Shown here piece after piece: positions 26,699-40,390 of a stretch of DNA of 64,000 bases. Source of the stretch: Hypanus sabinus (lineage: Eukaryota); contig NC_082708.1 in NCBI RefSeq assembly GCF_030144855.1, forward strand, positions 46,686,001 through 46,750,000. The letters run 5' to 3'. A model generated the notes under the pieces. That model did no database searches, had not been told where the DNA came from, and was given only the letters and a program-made list of their open reading frames with translations. Position numbers and translations under genes: made by a program. Each line of letters begins with the position of its first letter. The first letter of the stretch is position 1.

Positions 26699-26793
26699 GT
26701 ACTCTTTTCCATAGATGCTGCCTGGCCTGCAGAGTTCCTCCAGCATTTTGTGTGTTTTGCTTGGATTTCCAACATCTGCAGATATTCTCTTGT
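26665..26793 (+). mobile_element. Short Penelope-derived insertion with a minimal hammerhead-ribozyme motif
   Basis: agtc-CTGATGA-agggtctcaatct-GAAACGTC-gact; 14-bp TSD ttacaatttttaag (26651-26664 and 26794-26807). Confidence 0.85.
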
Positions 26794-29159
26794 TTACAAT
26801 TTTTAAGAAGAAATTTGTCTGAAGATCATCTAGTTTTCCCTTTTTAATCATTACCTTAACTTTCAAATGTTCCCAGTAATGTGAGGTTAATTGCATCACC
26901 TATTACAGTTTTGCGTTTGTTTAAAGTTTAAGTCAGGTGCTGAAAAACTTAGCCAAAGAACGTAATGAACTGTTTGTCTCCTGCAATAAATCCTTTCCTC
27001 CTCCCAGTGAATCACGGGCTGATCTTGTTGTCAATCACCAGCACCAAAGTAAGAACTAGAAACAGTATAATATTTAAACTTCTACCTTCATTTGCAGAAC
27101 TAAAACAGTAATTTTAAAAGTTTCTCACACACATCTTTCAATTAGTTATTAAATTGAAATCTTCAGTATTAAATATTATAACATAACAAAAGATCTATTC
27201 ATGCAAGGAGTCTCATTTTACAGAATATAAAGCTTGGCCTTGTTTCTTCCTGCTCAAGTAGTAACAAATATCAAACATGACGAATCAGAATTCTGCGCCA
27301 AGACACTCTCAGAAAAATACTTGTAGCCAAATTGTTCAACTCCACATAAAGCCTCTACTGTACAAAAAGGACTCCCATTGGACAGATGTACCATTTTGCT
27401 GAATCATTCTTTGCCAGAGTGAAATATTACCTTGGAACAACATTTTCAGTATGGAATGTATTTACCATTTTGTATAAAGTTTGGAGTGGACAAACAGGCA
27501 CTTTTTTTTTTACAAGAGGTTGATCTGCTAATGCTTCTATCAGCAACTTCAGTTTTTTTCCTTTGAATATGAATCAGTTTACATGAGCCAAGGGGAACTC
27601 AATACCGCCGGTAAGAAATAATATGTTCTCTACATCCCCAACCCTCCCCAACACAAAAAATATCAAGCTCAGATTCCCATGGTGAATCATGAAACCATGG
27701 GGGTGGAGTGTTGCCACAGAATTAAGAATGACATTTAATTATACTAATTAACTATCTAAAATTACATTGTAGCCTGCATGATATTAAACTGAGGCTTAAT
27801 CTGATGTGCAGTCATTGAAATATCAGAAGTGTAGTCAGGTGATGTTTCTGTCCTGCTTGTAATGCAAAGACCTGGACTGGAAGGCTACAGGCATGAATTC
27901 AATAACATGATCATTTCAATTAGGCAACTTAAAGTCAGTTAATTGTCATAACTGTGTCAAAATCAGGGAGTTTGCTTAGTTTGATTGCTACTTAAATATC
28001 TTTCTAGACCATTTTAGAGGCAATCAATTGTCAATCATGCAAGTCTGGATTTAAACTGGATAAGAATAGATTAATTTTCCATTGCCAAGCTACAGGATTG
28101 TTGTGAGATTGAACTAGTGGCAAGATCTATTGGCAAGTTAATGGCTGGGCTGGAAGAGATTGAAACGTTTGAGCAAATGAGATACATGAATATATTCACC
28201 AATGTAATTTCACAATGAACTTAGTAAAACAACCAACTTGTCTACCTCCTTGTATTTTGCATAACTAGCTATAGAAGGCCATTCTAGTTTTGACCATTGC
28301 CCTTTATATCATAGAAGTATCTTGCAACAGAGTTTCATTATTCAGTCCTCTTTCTTTAGTGCTAAATGTAACACATTACAATTATTGCAGTAAAACAGCA
28401 ACCTGATGCTTGGGATTTTAGCAGTACTAGACTGGCAGATTTTCTGGATTATTGGAAGTTTTGTATGCTATTAATATCCCATCACATTTTTAATTCATTT
28501 TTGAGATGTTACATAGGAACGTAATAAACTTTCCAGTGAACCCAGTATATTTCAAAGGAGTGCAGAAAACCAAGTCCTGGTCAGCTTAAGCAGAGCACAA
28601 GGATGCGACTGCTGGGTTTAAAAAGAGGGCAGGGACAGGGGACCCAGTAAGTTAAAGAGAAAGCAGAGCCATAATTGAAAGGAAGCATGACTTTTTGAGC
28701 CAGATGCTGAGCCAACAGAATTTATGAATAGTTAAATAGCAGAGTACACATGAAAATATTTCTAGTTAGTGATCAACTCAGGTTATAAGTCTTTAGAACC
28801 TTTGTGCTGCTAGATTTCAATTCTTGTTGCAGCTTGGCATGTTATAGATGAGCATGGTGGTGAAGAAAATACAGAAATAAATAAATCAAACTCAAATGTA
28901 GATAAATATATAACATATAGTTGCAGAGGCACTTTAAGCAACTGAGCAAGTCATTTTCATTTGAGGTTGCTGTCATCTAATACTCGAGAGAGTTAAGTTT
29001 TAGAGTATCTGCCAATTATTTGGGATTATTGGTTACAGATGAATCAGGAACTTGCGTACTTTTTGGACATACTTTGAATTTATGTGACAGCATATTATTG
29101 AAACTGATTAAAATGTGCAAATTATAAGATTGCTGTATTTCTTGATCTGTATCAAGAGA

Positions 29160-29760
29160 CTTCAATGGCATTGGCCACATTTTAAAAAACTGTTCTCATT
29201 CCTTCAAAAGGATTTGGGTATCACTGCCAATACATAGTAATTGTCCATCCCAAACTGCTCCTGAGACGGTCAACTTTAGCCGTCACTATGACTGCTGCAG
29301 GAAATGCTCTATGGTGTTTTTGGGTGGGAGTTTCCAAGATTTTGGGGTGTGAAGTAAGATATATTACTTCCAAGTGCCTCTTGTTCATTCTTATTGGTAG
29401 CAGACATGGGAGGTGCTATATTACAGTGCACCTGTTGCAGAACAGGTTGCAGAATTGTAGTTGTTTTGTGCTGGTACAGAATGTTCCAGCTGGAAGATGG
29501 GGTGAAAATGAAGTGGATACTTTGTTGCCTTTATCCAGACAAATCAAAAATATTTCATTTCATTCCCAATTTGTGCCTGGTAAGTAAGGGAAATCTTTTG
29601 GGAGTCAGTCATGAGTCAATTTTTTCTAGAATATGCAGACTTTTGACTTGTAAGTGTATAATTCTGTAATTGATGCAGTTCAATTTCTCAGCATTGATGA
29701 TCTTCAGGACATTGACGACAGTGGATTCCACAGTGCTGGTCTCAATGAATTTAAAGTGAA
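29160..29760 (-). mobile_element. Old LINE remnant
   Basis: Degenerate similarity to recalled chondrichthyan LINE 3' regions (gggtatcactgcc...tgtccatccc). Confidence 0.35.
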
Positions 29761-31189
29761 GTTTTACTGAACATAATCTCTGCATTGCACGTGTCTGTGA
29801 AGAGTGTTGCTTGTCACATCTGGTCAATTCTATTTCTTGCATTGGTCCTGAAGTAGGGTTGATTCCCCCTCTCTCTGACTCCACAGGTACTGCTTGACCC
29901 ACTGAGTTCCTCGGGCATTTTTTTAATTGCTCCAGATCATGGCAGTCTGTTTCGACTAAATCTATTTCTTCTCAAGTAATGCCATGTAAAAACAAATCAT
30001 TAATATCATATATTCAGCAGCAAACGTCTGTACTTCTGACCTTTATAATTGAAGGATAATCATTGATGAAGCTGCTGAAAGACATTTGGACGAAGGGCAT
30101 TGACTTATTAACTCTTGTGTTCGACCCTGAGATTGAGGCAACTGCTGAATAGCCAAGATCTATATAAAATAGTATAAAGAACTTTACCTGCATTTAAAGT
30201 TCACTTTTGTGGACTGATAGAATTTTATTCATTAAATTTGGAGCACAATTTAAAACTCGATAATAACTCTGGAACAAAAAGATATATGTGAAAAACTGGA
30301 TTAATATCAAGGGGTATACTTCCCTTTGTTAATCATTTCTTCTGTAAGTGATGCTGGGTCAAGCAATGCAGGCAAAAACTCCAGCTATTGAATGAAAAAC
30401 ATTGAGAGATGCTAGGCACTGATATTAAGAGACCCTGACAATGGTACCAGCAATAAAAGATATAAGCACTGTGAGACAGACGTTGTGATGCCAGTACAAT
30501 GCCAGATAAAACAGACCCTGATACCAAGTAAAGAAACTTCAGCATTATTTAGAAAAAGACTGATACAGAGAATATCTGTAGTAGTTACGTAATAAAGAGC
30601 CCATTCAGGAACTTGATAGCAGCATCTAGCATTGAGTAGAGGCCCACATATGAAAATGAAAATCTCCACTGTCCCTGAGGGACATTGCTACTATTTCTAA
30701 AGGAGAAACATAATTAAATTCTGACTTATTATCTCAATGTATTTAAGTATTTATTTCAGTAATGTAATTAATACAATAATAAAGCTTTATTACCACATTG
30801 TGAGGATTACTATTTAGATTTCTTTGTCACTAGCTTAAGCTAAAAATGCTTTTATATCGCTGATGGAATTCTCCACAGCTGCCAGAATTTGAAGGATTAA
30901 ACTGTTAATGAAAGTAATATTTTGTTTTCTTTCTGCTTAAACCTGCAAACCAACTGAAGTTTAAGCCTGGCCATTCATTCTTCATGTAGCTCATTTGGCA
31001 TTCCTTTTCATCTGTGCTCACTAGTGATCTCTTGGTCTTTGGATCGTCAGTCTATCAGTTTACTGCTTGCAGTTCCGAACACATCTGATTACAAAATTCA
31101 GCAATAGACTAATACCTTAATTATTGACGTTATGATTTGTGTTGTAGAGTAAGATATGTGATTAATGTCCTAAAAATTTGCATAGAAAC

Positions 31190-34100
31190 ACAAGATCATA
31201 AGACATTGGAGTAGAATTAAGCCATTTGGCCCATCTAGTCTGTTCCACCATTTCATCATGGCTGATCAATTTCCTTCCAAGCCCCATTCTCCCATTCTTC
31301 TCTCAGTAACCTTTCATGCCCTGACCTGGTCTCCACAGCTGCCTGTGACAGCTAATTTCACAGATTCACCACCTTCTGGTTAAAGAAATTCCTCCCCATC
31401 TCCATTCTAAATGGACATCCCTGTATTCTGGGGTTGTGCCCTACAGTCCTTGACTCCTCTACTACAGTAAACAACCTCTCCCTATCCACTCTATCTCGAC
31501 CTTTCAACATCCACTAGGTTTCATTGAAAGTTTCCCTCATTTGAAATTGCAGCGAGTACAGGGCCAGAGCCATCAAATGTTCCTCATATGATGAGTTTTT
31601 CAATCCTAGAGTCATTTTCATGAACCTCCTTTCAACCCTCTCCATTGTCAATATATCCCTTCTTAGATAAGGTGCCCAAAACTGCTCACAATACTCCAAG
31701 TGAGACCCCACTAATTCCTTATAAAGCCTCAGCATTACATCCTTGCTTTTATATTCTGGTCCTCTCAAAATGAATGCTGACATTGCATTTGCCTTCCTTC
31801 CTTACCACTGACTCAACTGGCAAGTTAACCTTTAGGGAATCCTACATAAGGACTCCCAACTCCCTTGGCACCTTGAATTTTCGAATGTTCTCCCCTTTTA
31901 GAAAATAGTCTACACTTTTATTCCTTCTGCCAAAATGAATGGTCATACACTTTCTGACATTGTATTCCTTCTTCCATTTCTTTGTCCATTCTCATAATCT
32001 AAGTCCTTCTGCAGCCACCGGCTTCCTCCATATTACCTGACCCTCCACTTGTCTTCATATCATCTGAAAACTTGGCCACAAGCATTCAATTCTGTCATTC
32101 CAAATCAATGAAATACAACATAAAAAGAAGCATTCCCAACACCAACCTCTGTGGAACACGTCACTGGCAACCAGTCAGGAAAGGCTCCCTTTATTCCCAT
32201 TCTTTGCTTCTTGCCAATCAGCCACTGCTCCATTCATGCTAATATCTTCCCGATAATACCATGCGTTCTTGTCTTGCTAAGCAGTCTCATGTGTGGCACC
32301 TTGTCAAAGTCCTTTTGAAAATCCAAGTACACAACATCCATCAATTCTCCTTTGTCCATCCCTTTGTTATTTCCTCAAAGAATTTCAACAGGTTTGTCAG
32401 GCAAAATTTTCCCTTGCGCAAACCATGGTGACTTGAGCCCATTTTATTATGTGCCTCCAACTACCCTGAAACCTCTTCCTCAATGGTCAACTCCAATATC
32501 TAACTAGCCTATAATTTCCTTTCTTCTGCCTCCCTTCTTGAAGAGTGAAGTGACATTTACAATTTTCCAGTTTCCTGGAACCATGCCAGAATCTAGAGAT
32601 TATTGAAAGATCATTACTAATGCCTCCACAAACTCTTCAGCCAACTCTTTCAGAACCCTTGGGTGTAGTACATCTGGTGCAGGTGACTTATCTGCCTTCA
32701 GATCTTTTAGCTTCTCCCTAGTTATAGCAACTACACCCTGACACCCTTGAACATCCGGCATACTGCTACTGTCTTCCACAGTGAAGACTGATGCAAAATA
32801 CTTTAGTTTGTCTGCTGTTTCCTCCATTACTATTCTTGCCTCTCTTTTACTCGTTATGTGAAAAAACATTTGGTTTCCTCTTTGACATTATTGGCGAGCT
32901 TGCCTTCAGATTTCATCTTTTCACTCCTAGGGGCTTTTTTAGTTGCCTTCTGTTGCTTTTTAAAAGCTTCCCAATCCTCTAACCTCCCAGTAATTTTTGC
33001 TCATTATATGCCCTCTCTTTCACTTTTATGTTGGCTTTGATTTCTCTTGTCAGGCAGGGTTGCGTCATCCTGCCTTTGGAATACCTGTACTTGTTTGGGA
33101 TGTATCTATTCCGTGCCACCTGAATTGCTCCCAGAATCTCCAGCCTTTGCTCCTCTTTCACCATCCCTGCTACTGTCCCCTTCCAATCAACTTCGGGTAG
33201 CTCCTCACTCATGCCTCTGTAATTCCCTTTATTCCACTGTAATACTGATATATCTGACTTCAGCTTCTCCTTCTCAAATTGTAGGGTGAATTCTATCATA
33301 TTATGATCACTGTCTTCTTAAGGTTCCCTTACCTTTAAGCTCCCCAATCAGATCCAGTTCATTGCGCAACACCCAATCTAGAATAGCTGATCTCCTAGTG
33401 GGCTCAACTACAAGCAACTCTAAAAAGCCATCTCATAGGCACTCTACAAATTCTTCTCTTCGGATCTTAAATCAGCACCAACCTGATTTTCCAAATCTGC
33501 ATACTGTCATAACACTCCTTCAGACATGCCTTTTCTATCTGCTTTTGTAATTTGTGCCCCACATTCTGGCTGCTGTTCAGACTCCCATCAGGGTCTTTTT
33601 TCCCTTTAACTCTACCCACAACCAATCCTATGTCACCTCTTTCTAAGGATGTGATTTCATTTTTTTTGCTAACCAAGACATCCCACCACCTCTGTCCACC
33701 TGCCTGTCCTTTTAATACAACGTGTTACCTTGGATATTTAGCTCCCAACTATAATCTTCTTTCAGCCACAACTCAGTGATGCCCGCAACGTCGTACCTGC
33801 CGATCGCTAACCACACCACAAGACCATCTACAGGATATTGTCCCCGTTACAGTACAACTCATTCAATTTTGCCCTCCCATCTGCCTGTCCTTTCTCACAG
33901 TCTCACTACACACTGCCTCTGCTTGTATACTAACTGCCTCATTCTCAGTCCTATCACTGTTTCCCATCGCCCTGCCAAATCAGTTTAACCACCCTCAACA
34001 GTTCTGGCAAACCTGCTGGCAAGGATTTTAGCCCACATCGGGTTCCATTGTAACCTGTCCCTTTTGTGCTGGTCATGCTTCCCAGATGAGATCCCAATAA

Positions 34101-35380
34101 TTCAGAAATCTGAAACCCTGCCCCCAGCCACAGCCACACACTCAACTGCCAAATCAGCCTATTCTTACCCTCAATGGTGCATGGCACAAGCAGCAATCCA
34201 CAGATTACTAGCCTAGAAGTCCTGCTTTTCAGATTTCTACCTAGTTCTGTAAATATGCTCTTCAGGACCCCCTCGCTTTTCCTACCAATGACAATTAGTG
34301 CCAATGTGTACTAAGACTTCTGGCTGCTCTCCCTTTAGAATGCTGTGGACCCAGACCAAGATGTTCCTGACCCTGGCACCTGAGAGGAAAGAAACCATCC
34401 AGGTGTCCACAGAATCTCATGTCTACTCCTCTAACTATGGAATCCCCTATCACTCCTGCTGCAATGGGAAAGCTGGAAGGAAGAAGAAGCCAAGGCAGAG
34501 AGAGAATGAAAATGATAGATGGATTAACATCCTGGTTAGAAACCAGGGAGGCAACAGCTACAATTTGGAGGGTCAGGGACCGTGATGGATGGAGAGGTAT
34601 GATTACCAACGCTGAAGGGCAAGGCACCTGAAATGAATGAACGACTTCTGCAGTCGTCTGCTCTCCCCTTCCCTTCTGAGCCACAGTGCGGGAGACCTGA
34701 TCGTCGTGGTTTCCCCCAGTAAGTAGTCCTTCCCAACAGTATCCAGACTTGTTGTTGAGGGGAATGGCCACAGGGGTATTCTGTACTAGTTACCCATTTC
34801 CTTTCCCTCTTGACCATAACCCAGGTACCGCATCCTGCAACTTAGGGGTGACTACCTCCCTACAGCTCCTATCTATCACCTCCTCAGTTTCCTGTATGAG
34901 CTGAAGGTCATTGAGCTGCAGCTCCAGTTCCTTAACATGTTCTCCGAGTTGCTGTGGACCTGGTGCAGACGTGGTTATGTGGGAGGCTGGAGGTCTCCCA
35001 GAATTCCCATATCTCACACAAAGAACTCAACACAGCCCTGGAGCCATCTTCACAGCTCTATGAACTAACAGTTAAAGAACGAAGAATAAACTTACCTTAT
35101 CCAAGCCTGTTGGGCCAAAGCCTCCCCCCTCTAACAATAGTCAACTCACACAATGACCTCTGCACTTGTCCCTGCCTTATTTTTATTTGCCCCTGCTATT
35201 GAATTGTGATTTGATTGGGCCCCCAGAAAACACTGAAAACCCACAAATGCTCCTTTTTAAAATCTCACTCACGGACCTGCGAGTAGCCCCCTCTCTCATT
35301 CCCAGTTTGACTGGGCTGCTGGAAAAGTGCTCAATGTTCATAAATGTTCCTTTTTTAATCTCACTTACAGACCTGTAATT
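31190..35380 (-). mobile_element. CR1 LINE, near full length, decayed
   Basis: Antisense ORF1 (VIGDSIVRGVDMRFCG) and ORF2 pieces (KSPAPDVLHPRVLKELAEE, HLEYCEQFWAPYLRRDI). 3' UTR near 31190. Confidence 0.92.
34460..34643 (+). mobile_element. RTE-type LINE 3' end inserted in CR1 ORF1
   Basis: GKLEGRRSQGRERMKMIDGL...RDRDGWRGMI* followed by a (TGAA)n-like tail; imperfect TSD actcctgc / acttctgc. Confidence 0.75.
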
Positions 35381-37429
35381 TCACAATATAATTAATATCT
35401 ACTGTTTGACGATCATTTTTGGATCGTTGTCTCGGCAAATGGAATCCAAAATCTGTAGGATATTACCTTAATCACATAATTGATTTGTGTTACAAAAAAA
35501 AGTAGATAATTTGGTTATTTCTATTAATTCAGCAAATGTTTAATAAGTCATTGTAAAATATTCACAGTGTACATTAGAATGCAAACAGAATTTATTTTGT
35601 GGATGTATATAATGTAATTTTTAAATTGTTTTCTAAAATATTTTGAAGCCCTTCAAGAATAATGCAAACTCTATATTAGTTTATTAAGGAATTTCATTGC
35701 AGAATGGTACATTAAGAAACAGGAGCAAGTCTATGTTTACAGCTGTGTTTTTTTATAAATCATAAAATTACAAGGAGCTCGAATAGGTTTGAAAATTTTC
35801 TACATGAAAAATTAAAAGCTTTTTTTCGAAAAGACCAAGACCGTTGTTTTATGAAAGTGATGATAAACAGAATAAAGATTAAGTTAACTATTTGTCTAAT
35901 AAATCAGAGAAGTTTCTGGTCAAATCCATTTAACTTCCACATGTTTAAAAAAAAGTTTTCTTCATGGCTTCATGCATTCTGTGTTTTCATCGGGTTTATT
36001 TTCAGAGATGTCTTTTGTTAGGTAAAATTATTAAATTCCCCTTTTCTACAGTATTCTTTGAATATTATAAAGAAGCGCATTCACCTGCTGAAAAGCTTTG
36101 ATCATGATAGTGAAATTCTACCATTGAATCAAACCAATAACATTAAAGAAGTAACAAAAAGATGAGAAGCATCTAGTCAAAACGAGAAACAATTGTGTCA
36201 ACAGAAATTTAATCATGTTTGATGCATTCAACAGTCATAAAGCAAGAGCTTTACTATCATTGTAGGGGCTCATTCTGTACAAGAAGGACATTACTCAGCA
36301 TATTAGATGTCGCTCTTCTATTTGAAGCAGAGCACAGAGAGACTGGTAGACACAGGCTCTGTTGTTGGTTTCCTACACCATTCAAGTGAAGCTCAGTGCA
36401 AATCTGAGAACCAACACTTCATTTGTTTGGAGAGACTTCCAGACTCAACAATGAATGCAACAATCTCATATAATGGTTCTTCTTTTCCAGTTAAGACACC
36501 TCTCAATGCATCTTTTGTTGATCTGTTTGCCCTTTTACTCTCAAAGTCAACTATGTTGTCATTTTTTTTATGTATGCTGTTTCAATCACTACCAAGACCT
36601 CCTTTACTCTTAATTTCCTCTTTCCTATTTTCTAAAATCTGTTAAACCTCTGACTTTATCTAGTTATAATGAAAGGTGTTAAATATTTTTCTCTCATTCC
36701 CTCCATAACTCAAGTTGCCAGCCATATAACATTCTTTGAAACTCCCAGAACTGACAGCAGGGACCCTTATCATGCTGGGTGCCACAGTTCGGTCAATGGA
36801 TTTTATTATTCCGTTTTTGACACAGAAGACGCTGTTCCAAGGTAGAGTTGGACATTATCGTTCAGTTGCTAAGTCATTTCAATCCTTCCTCAGCCAGCAG
36901 CATGAATGCAATTTGTCCTGGTTTTGGTCTCTGCCTCTACACATTTTCCAGTTGCGCAGAATAGAATTCTCGAGCATAGCTCGGGAAGTATAACAGACTC
37001 AGATACCTTACAGACATAGTCACAAGAATATGGAACCATTTTTTGACAGCCCTCCACAGCTCCTTCCTCTTCATATCATTGTCATTGCACATAACACCAT
37101 TAAAATAATGGCAAGTTATAAATGCCAGCTTCCTGGGAACCAACAAAGGAAGGCATTTTCATATGTTTTGCTGTGCGATTTAGTCAGCAACAGAGACAAC
37201 AAATATCCTCAATTGCAGTGATAAAAAAAAGTTGTAAATATTCAACAAGTCAGAATCTGCGGAGCAGGAGCAGAGTTAACATTTCAGATCAGTAACATTT
37301 TATTGGAACTAAGGAAGATTATAAACAAAGTATGTTCCAATTTGCAGAGAAGGAGAGAAGTGAACAGAGAGAGAGCAAAAGGACACCGCCAGGGAACAGA
37401 GAGTGCATGTGCGGCCGACAAAGTGCAGG

Positions 37430-38085
37430 AAAGGGAGTTCGACCGAGTGGGAGAGTTTGTGGGAGGGGAAGGTTTTGAGGGAGAGGTAGTTTGAGGGACA
37501 TGGAGATTTTGAGACTGTGAGAGTTTTAAGGGCAAGAAGATTTAAGGGAAGGGAGAGAGTGTGGCAGCGGAGGGTTTGAGGGAGTGGTAGATTTTGAGGG
37601 ATGTGGATATCTGGAGTGAGTGAGACTTTGAGGGATGAGGCAGCTATGTGGGACTGTGTTTGAGGGAAGAGGAGGGTTTAGGTGTGCAAGACTGAGGAAT
37701 GTGGAGGGTTTGGCAGACTTTGAAGGATGGGAAGGTTTTGGGGAATGAGAGTTTGAGGGACAGGGAGTGTTTGGGGAGAGATTGAGGGATGGGGAGGTTT
37801 TGGGAGAGTGCAAGTTTGAGGTACAGGGAGATTTTGGGGAAGTGAGAGAGTTTGAAGAATGGGAAGGTTTTGGCAGAATTTGGGACGGGGATGTTTGCGG
37901 GGAGTGAGAGTTTGAGGCATGGGATGTTTGGGGGAGTGAGTTTTAGGGAAAGGAAGGTTTTGGGGGAGCGAAAGCATTTGAAGGACAGGAAAATTTTAAC
38001 AAAGTGAGACAGTTTGACAAAGGGGGAATTTTGAGGGAGAGAGTTTGAGGAACGGGTAAGTTTTGAGGGAGTGAGAGGGATACGA
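37430..38085. repeat. Degenerate G/A-rich minisatellite (about 16-18 bp unit, core TTTGAGGG)
   Basis: tttgaggg / tttgggg recurs at roughly 16-18 bp spacing with strong G skew on the + strand. Confidence 0.85.
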
Positions 38086-38087
38086 TA

Positions 38088-38245
38088 GGGTTTTTAAAGA
38101 GACTTTTGGATGGGTACATGGTGCTTAGCAAAATAGGGGGCTATGGGTAAGCCTAGTAATTTCTAAGGTAGGAACATGTTCGGCACAACTTTGTGGGCTG
38201 AAGGGCCTGTATTGTGCTGTAGGTTTTCTATGTTTCTATGTTTCA
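38088..38245 (+). mobile_element. CR1 3' end with (TTTCTATG)n tail
   Basis: gggctgaagggcctgtattgtgctgtag followed by the octamer tail. Confidence 0.8.
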
Positions 38246-39543
38246 ACAGAGTGGAAACCAAGAGGGGCAGGATAAGACATTTAGTGGTGGCTGAGGGAGG
38301 ATGCAATGGGCTTATTGAGCATAGCCGTATATTTCTGAGGAGTTCTGCAGAAAAGCAGATGAATAAAGACAGAAAAGGAGTGAAAATTAATTCTGGAACT
38401 TTAAGATAAAACACATTGCAACTGGTGGAAATCTGAGACAAAAAACAGAATACAAGGAGTGATCAACAAAATTCAAGTAGCATCTTTGGAACGAGAAAAA
38501 GATCTGATTTTGCACTGACAGATTGTTCATTGGAATTGTCTAATGGTACCTGAAATTATTGCGTCCTAAAGCCTGTAATTTGCCAAGTCGGTAAATGAAA
38601 TGTTGTTCTTCAAAGCTAATTCCAATTGTTTCCTCCAGATCAAAGATGTAGCAAAGCAAACCCACATGTCTGCAGCCTATTCCTGTCTCTTTCTGAACTA
38701 CATTGAACAATACTTGTTCTTCTCAGGACACACGTCCTCCCACAACCTCCCTTTAAAGGTACTGCCCCCGTCTACAGAATTTTAAATTCTGTACAGCTTA
38801 GCTGCTATTTCTCAAATTGCTCACGTTTATGTCTGCTTTCTTTTCACTAGTTCTCCATCTCGGCTCTTCCCCCGCTTCTACTAAGTATTCCTCTCCATTA
38901 TCTAAGTTTGTTTGGGGGCTAAGTCAAATGGTCCCTGAAAACAGACATGGTGATTGTGATGCACAATCATCGGTGTGAAGCTTCAATTGTGACTGCAACA
39001 ACTGAATGATTCCCTGACCAAAGGACTAACATCTCACACATTGTTTCTTGCTGACATCTGGTTGAAAGATTGCCTCAATGAATATCCTAGATGGAAATCT
39101 GTCTCTCCTTCCACTCCTCCTCCTCTTACTTCATCAGATTTGCCCTGCTCCAAATTTGCAAACCACATTGTATTCCAAGAGCACACAGGCGGATGTACTC
39201 TAGTCTGGGAGTGTCTAGTTTCTGTGGAGGGCTTGTTTCAACATCACTTGTACTCACAGGGAACACCTAATAATGTATCCATGAACAGGAGTGTCCAGTT
39301 CGTGCAAAGGCCTTCAGGTCATTCAGCACCTACAATATCAAAAGTAGTAGACTTTAGCAACTTGAAAAACTGCATGATGCATCAAACACTTGCAGACCCA
39401 TTATCCACATCCAGGAGCTAACCCATAAACTACAAACAACTTATTTAGCTAGCATGGTCCTTTCTACATTCCACTATGTGAGATTAAAAATGGGTGCAAA
39501 CTGGAGGACAGAGCTGAACACAAATCAACATTGAATATCAGGA

Positions 39544-39761
39544 AAAAACACAAAATGCTGGTAGAACTCAGCAGGCCAGACAGCATCTATGGGAGGAGGT
39601 AGTGATGGCGTTTCGGGCCGAAACCCTTGATTATGATGAAGGGTTTTGGCCCGAAACGTCGTCACTACCTCCTCCCATAGATGCAGTCTGGCCTGCTGAG
39701 TTCTACCAGCATTTTGTGTTTTTATTTATTTCCAGCATCTGCAGATTCACTCGTGTTGCCT
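39544..39761. mobile_element. Penelope-derived insertion with inverted arms (long hairpin)
   Basis: Arms 39544-39628 and 39639-39723, about 4 mismatches in 85 bp; 13-bp TSD ttgaatatcagga (39531-39543 and 39762-39774). Confidence 0.9.
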
Positions 39762-39794
39762 TTGAATATCAGGAGCAGTCTTCCATAAAAAGCT

Positions 39795-40390
39795 GAGTTT
39801 ATTGTCTTATATACAATACATATATGCACAGGAGTAATGAAAACACTTATCTGCAGCAGCATCACAAGCACATAGAGTCATAGATCCATAGAGCACCACA
39901 ACACATAAACAGGCCCTTTGGCCCATCTAGTCTGAACTTGCAAATTATATAATCATGTAGCATCATATGAGCAGTATTCAAAAGAAAAACATAAATTATA
40001 CATTTTTTACAAGAACAAATGCAAATAGAACAAAAACATGAAGTCAAATTTAGTGCAAAAAAATCAATTTCAGTCATAGTGTTGCTAAATTCTGGTGACT
40101 AGCTGTGCTGGTTGGTTTCAGAACTGAATGGCTGAAGGGAAGTATCAGGTGATGCGGGACCTCAGGATTCTGTTCCTCCTGCAAGAAGACAGCATGGCCC
40201 AGATACCTTAATGATTGATGTTCCCTTCTTGCGGGAGTGCCTCCTCTAGATATTACCAATGATGAGGAGGGATATGCCCGTGATCGAGTCCACTACTCTC
40301 TGCAGCTTCTTGCTTCCCACCGCATTCAAATCACTGTAACAGATCGTGATGCAACCAGTCAGAAAATGTTCAACAGTGCATCTGTAAATC
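39795..40390 (-). mobile_element. Rex1-type 3' fragment, decayed
   Basis: Degenerate similarity to 43065-43600. Confidence 0.6.

Noticed and set aside
37284-38131. Pro/Ser-rich ORFs on the - strand
   Set aside because: Translation artefacts of the G/A-rich minisatellite.
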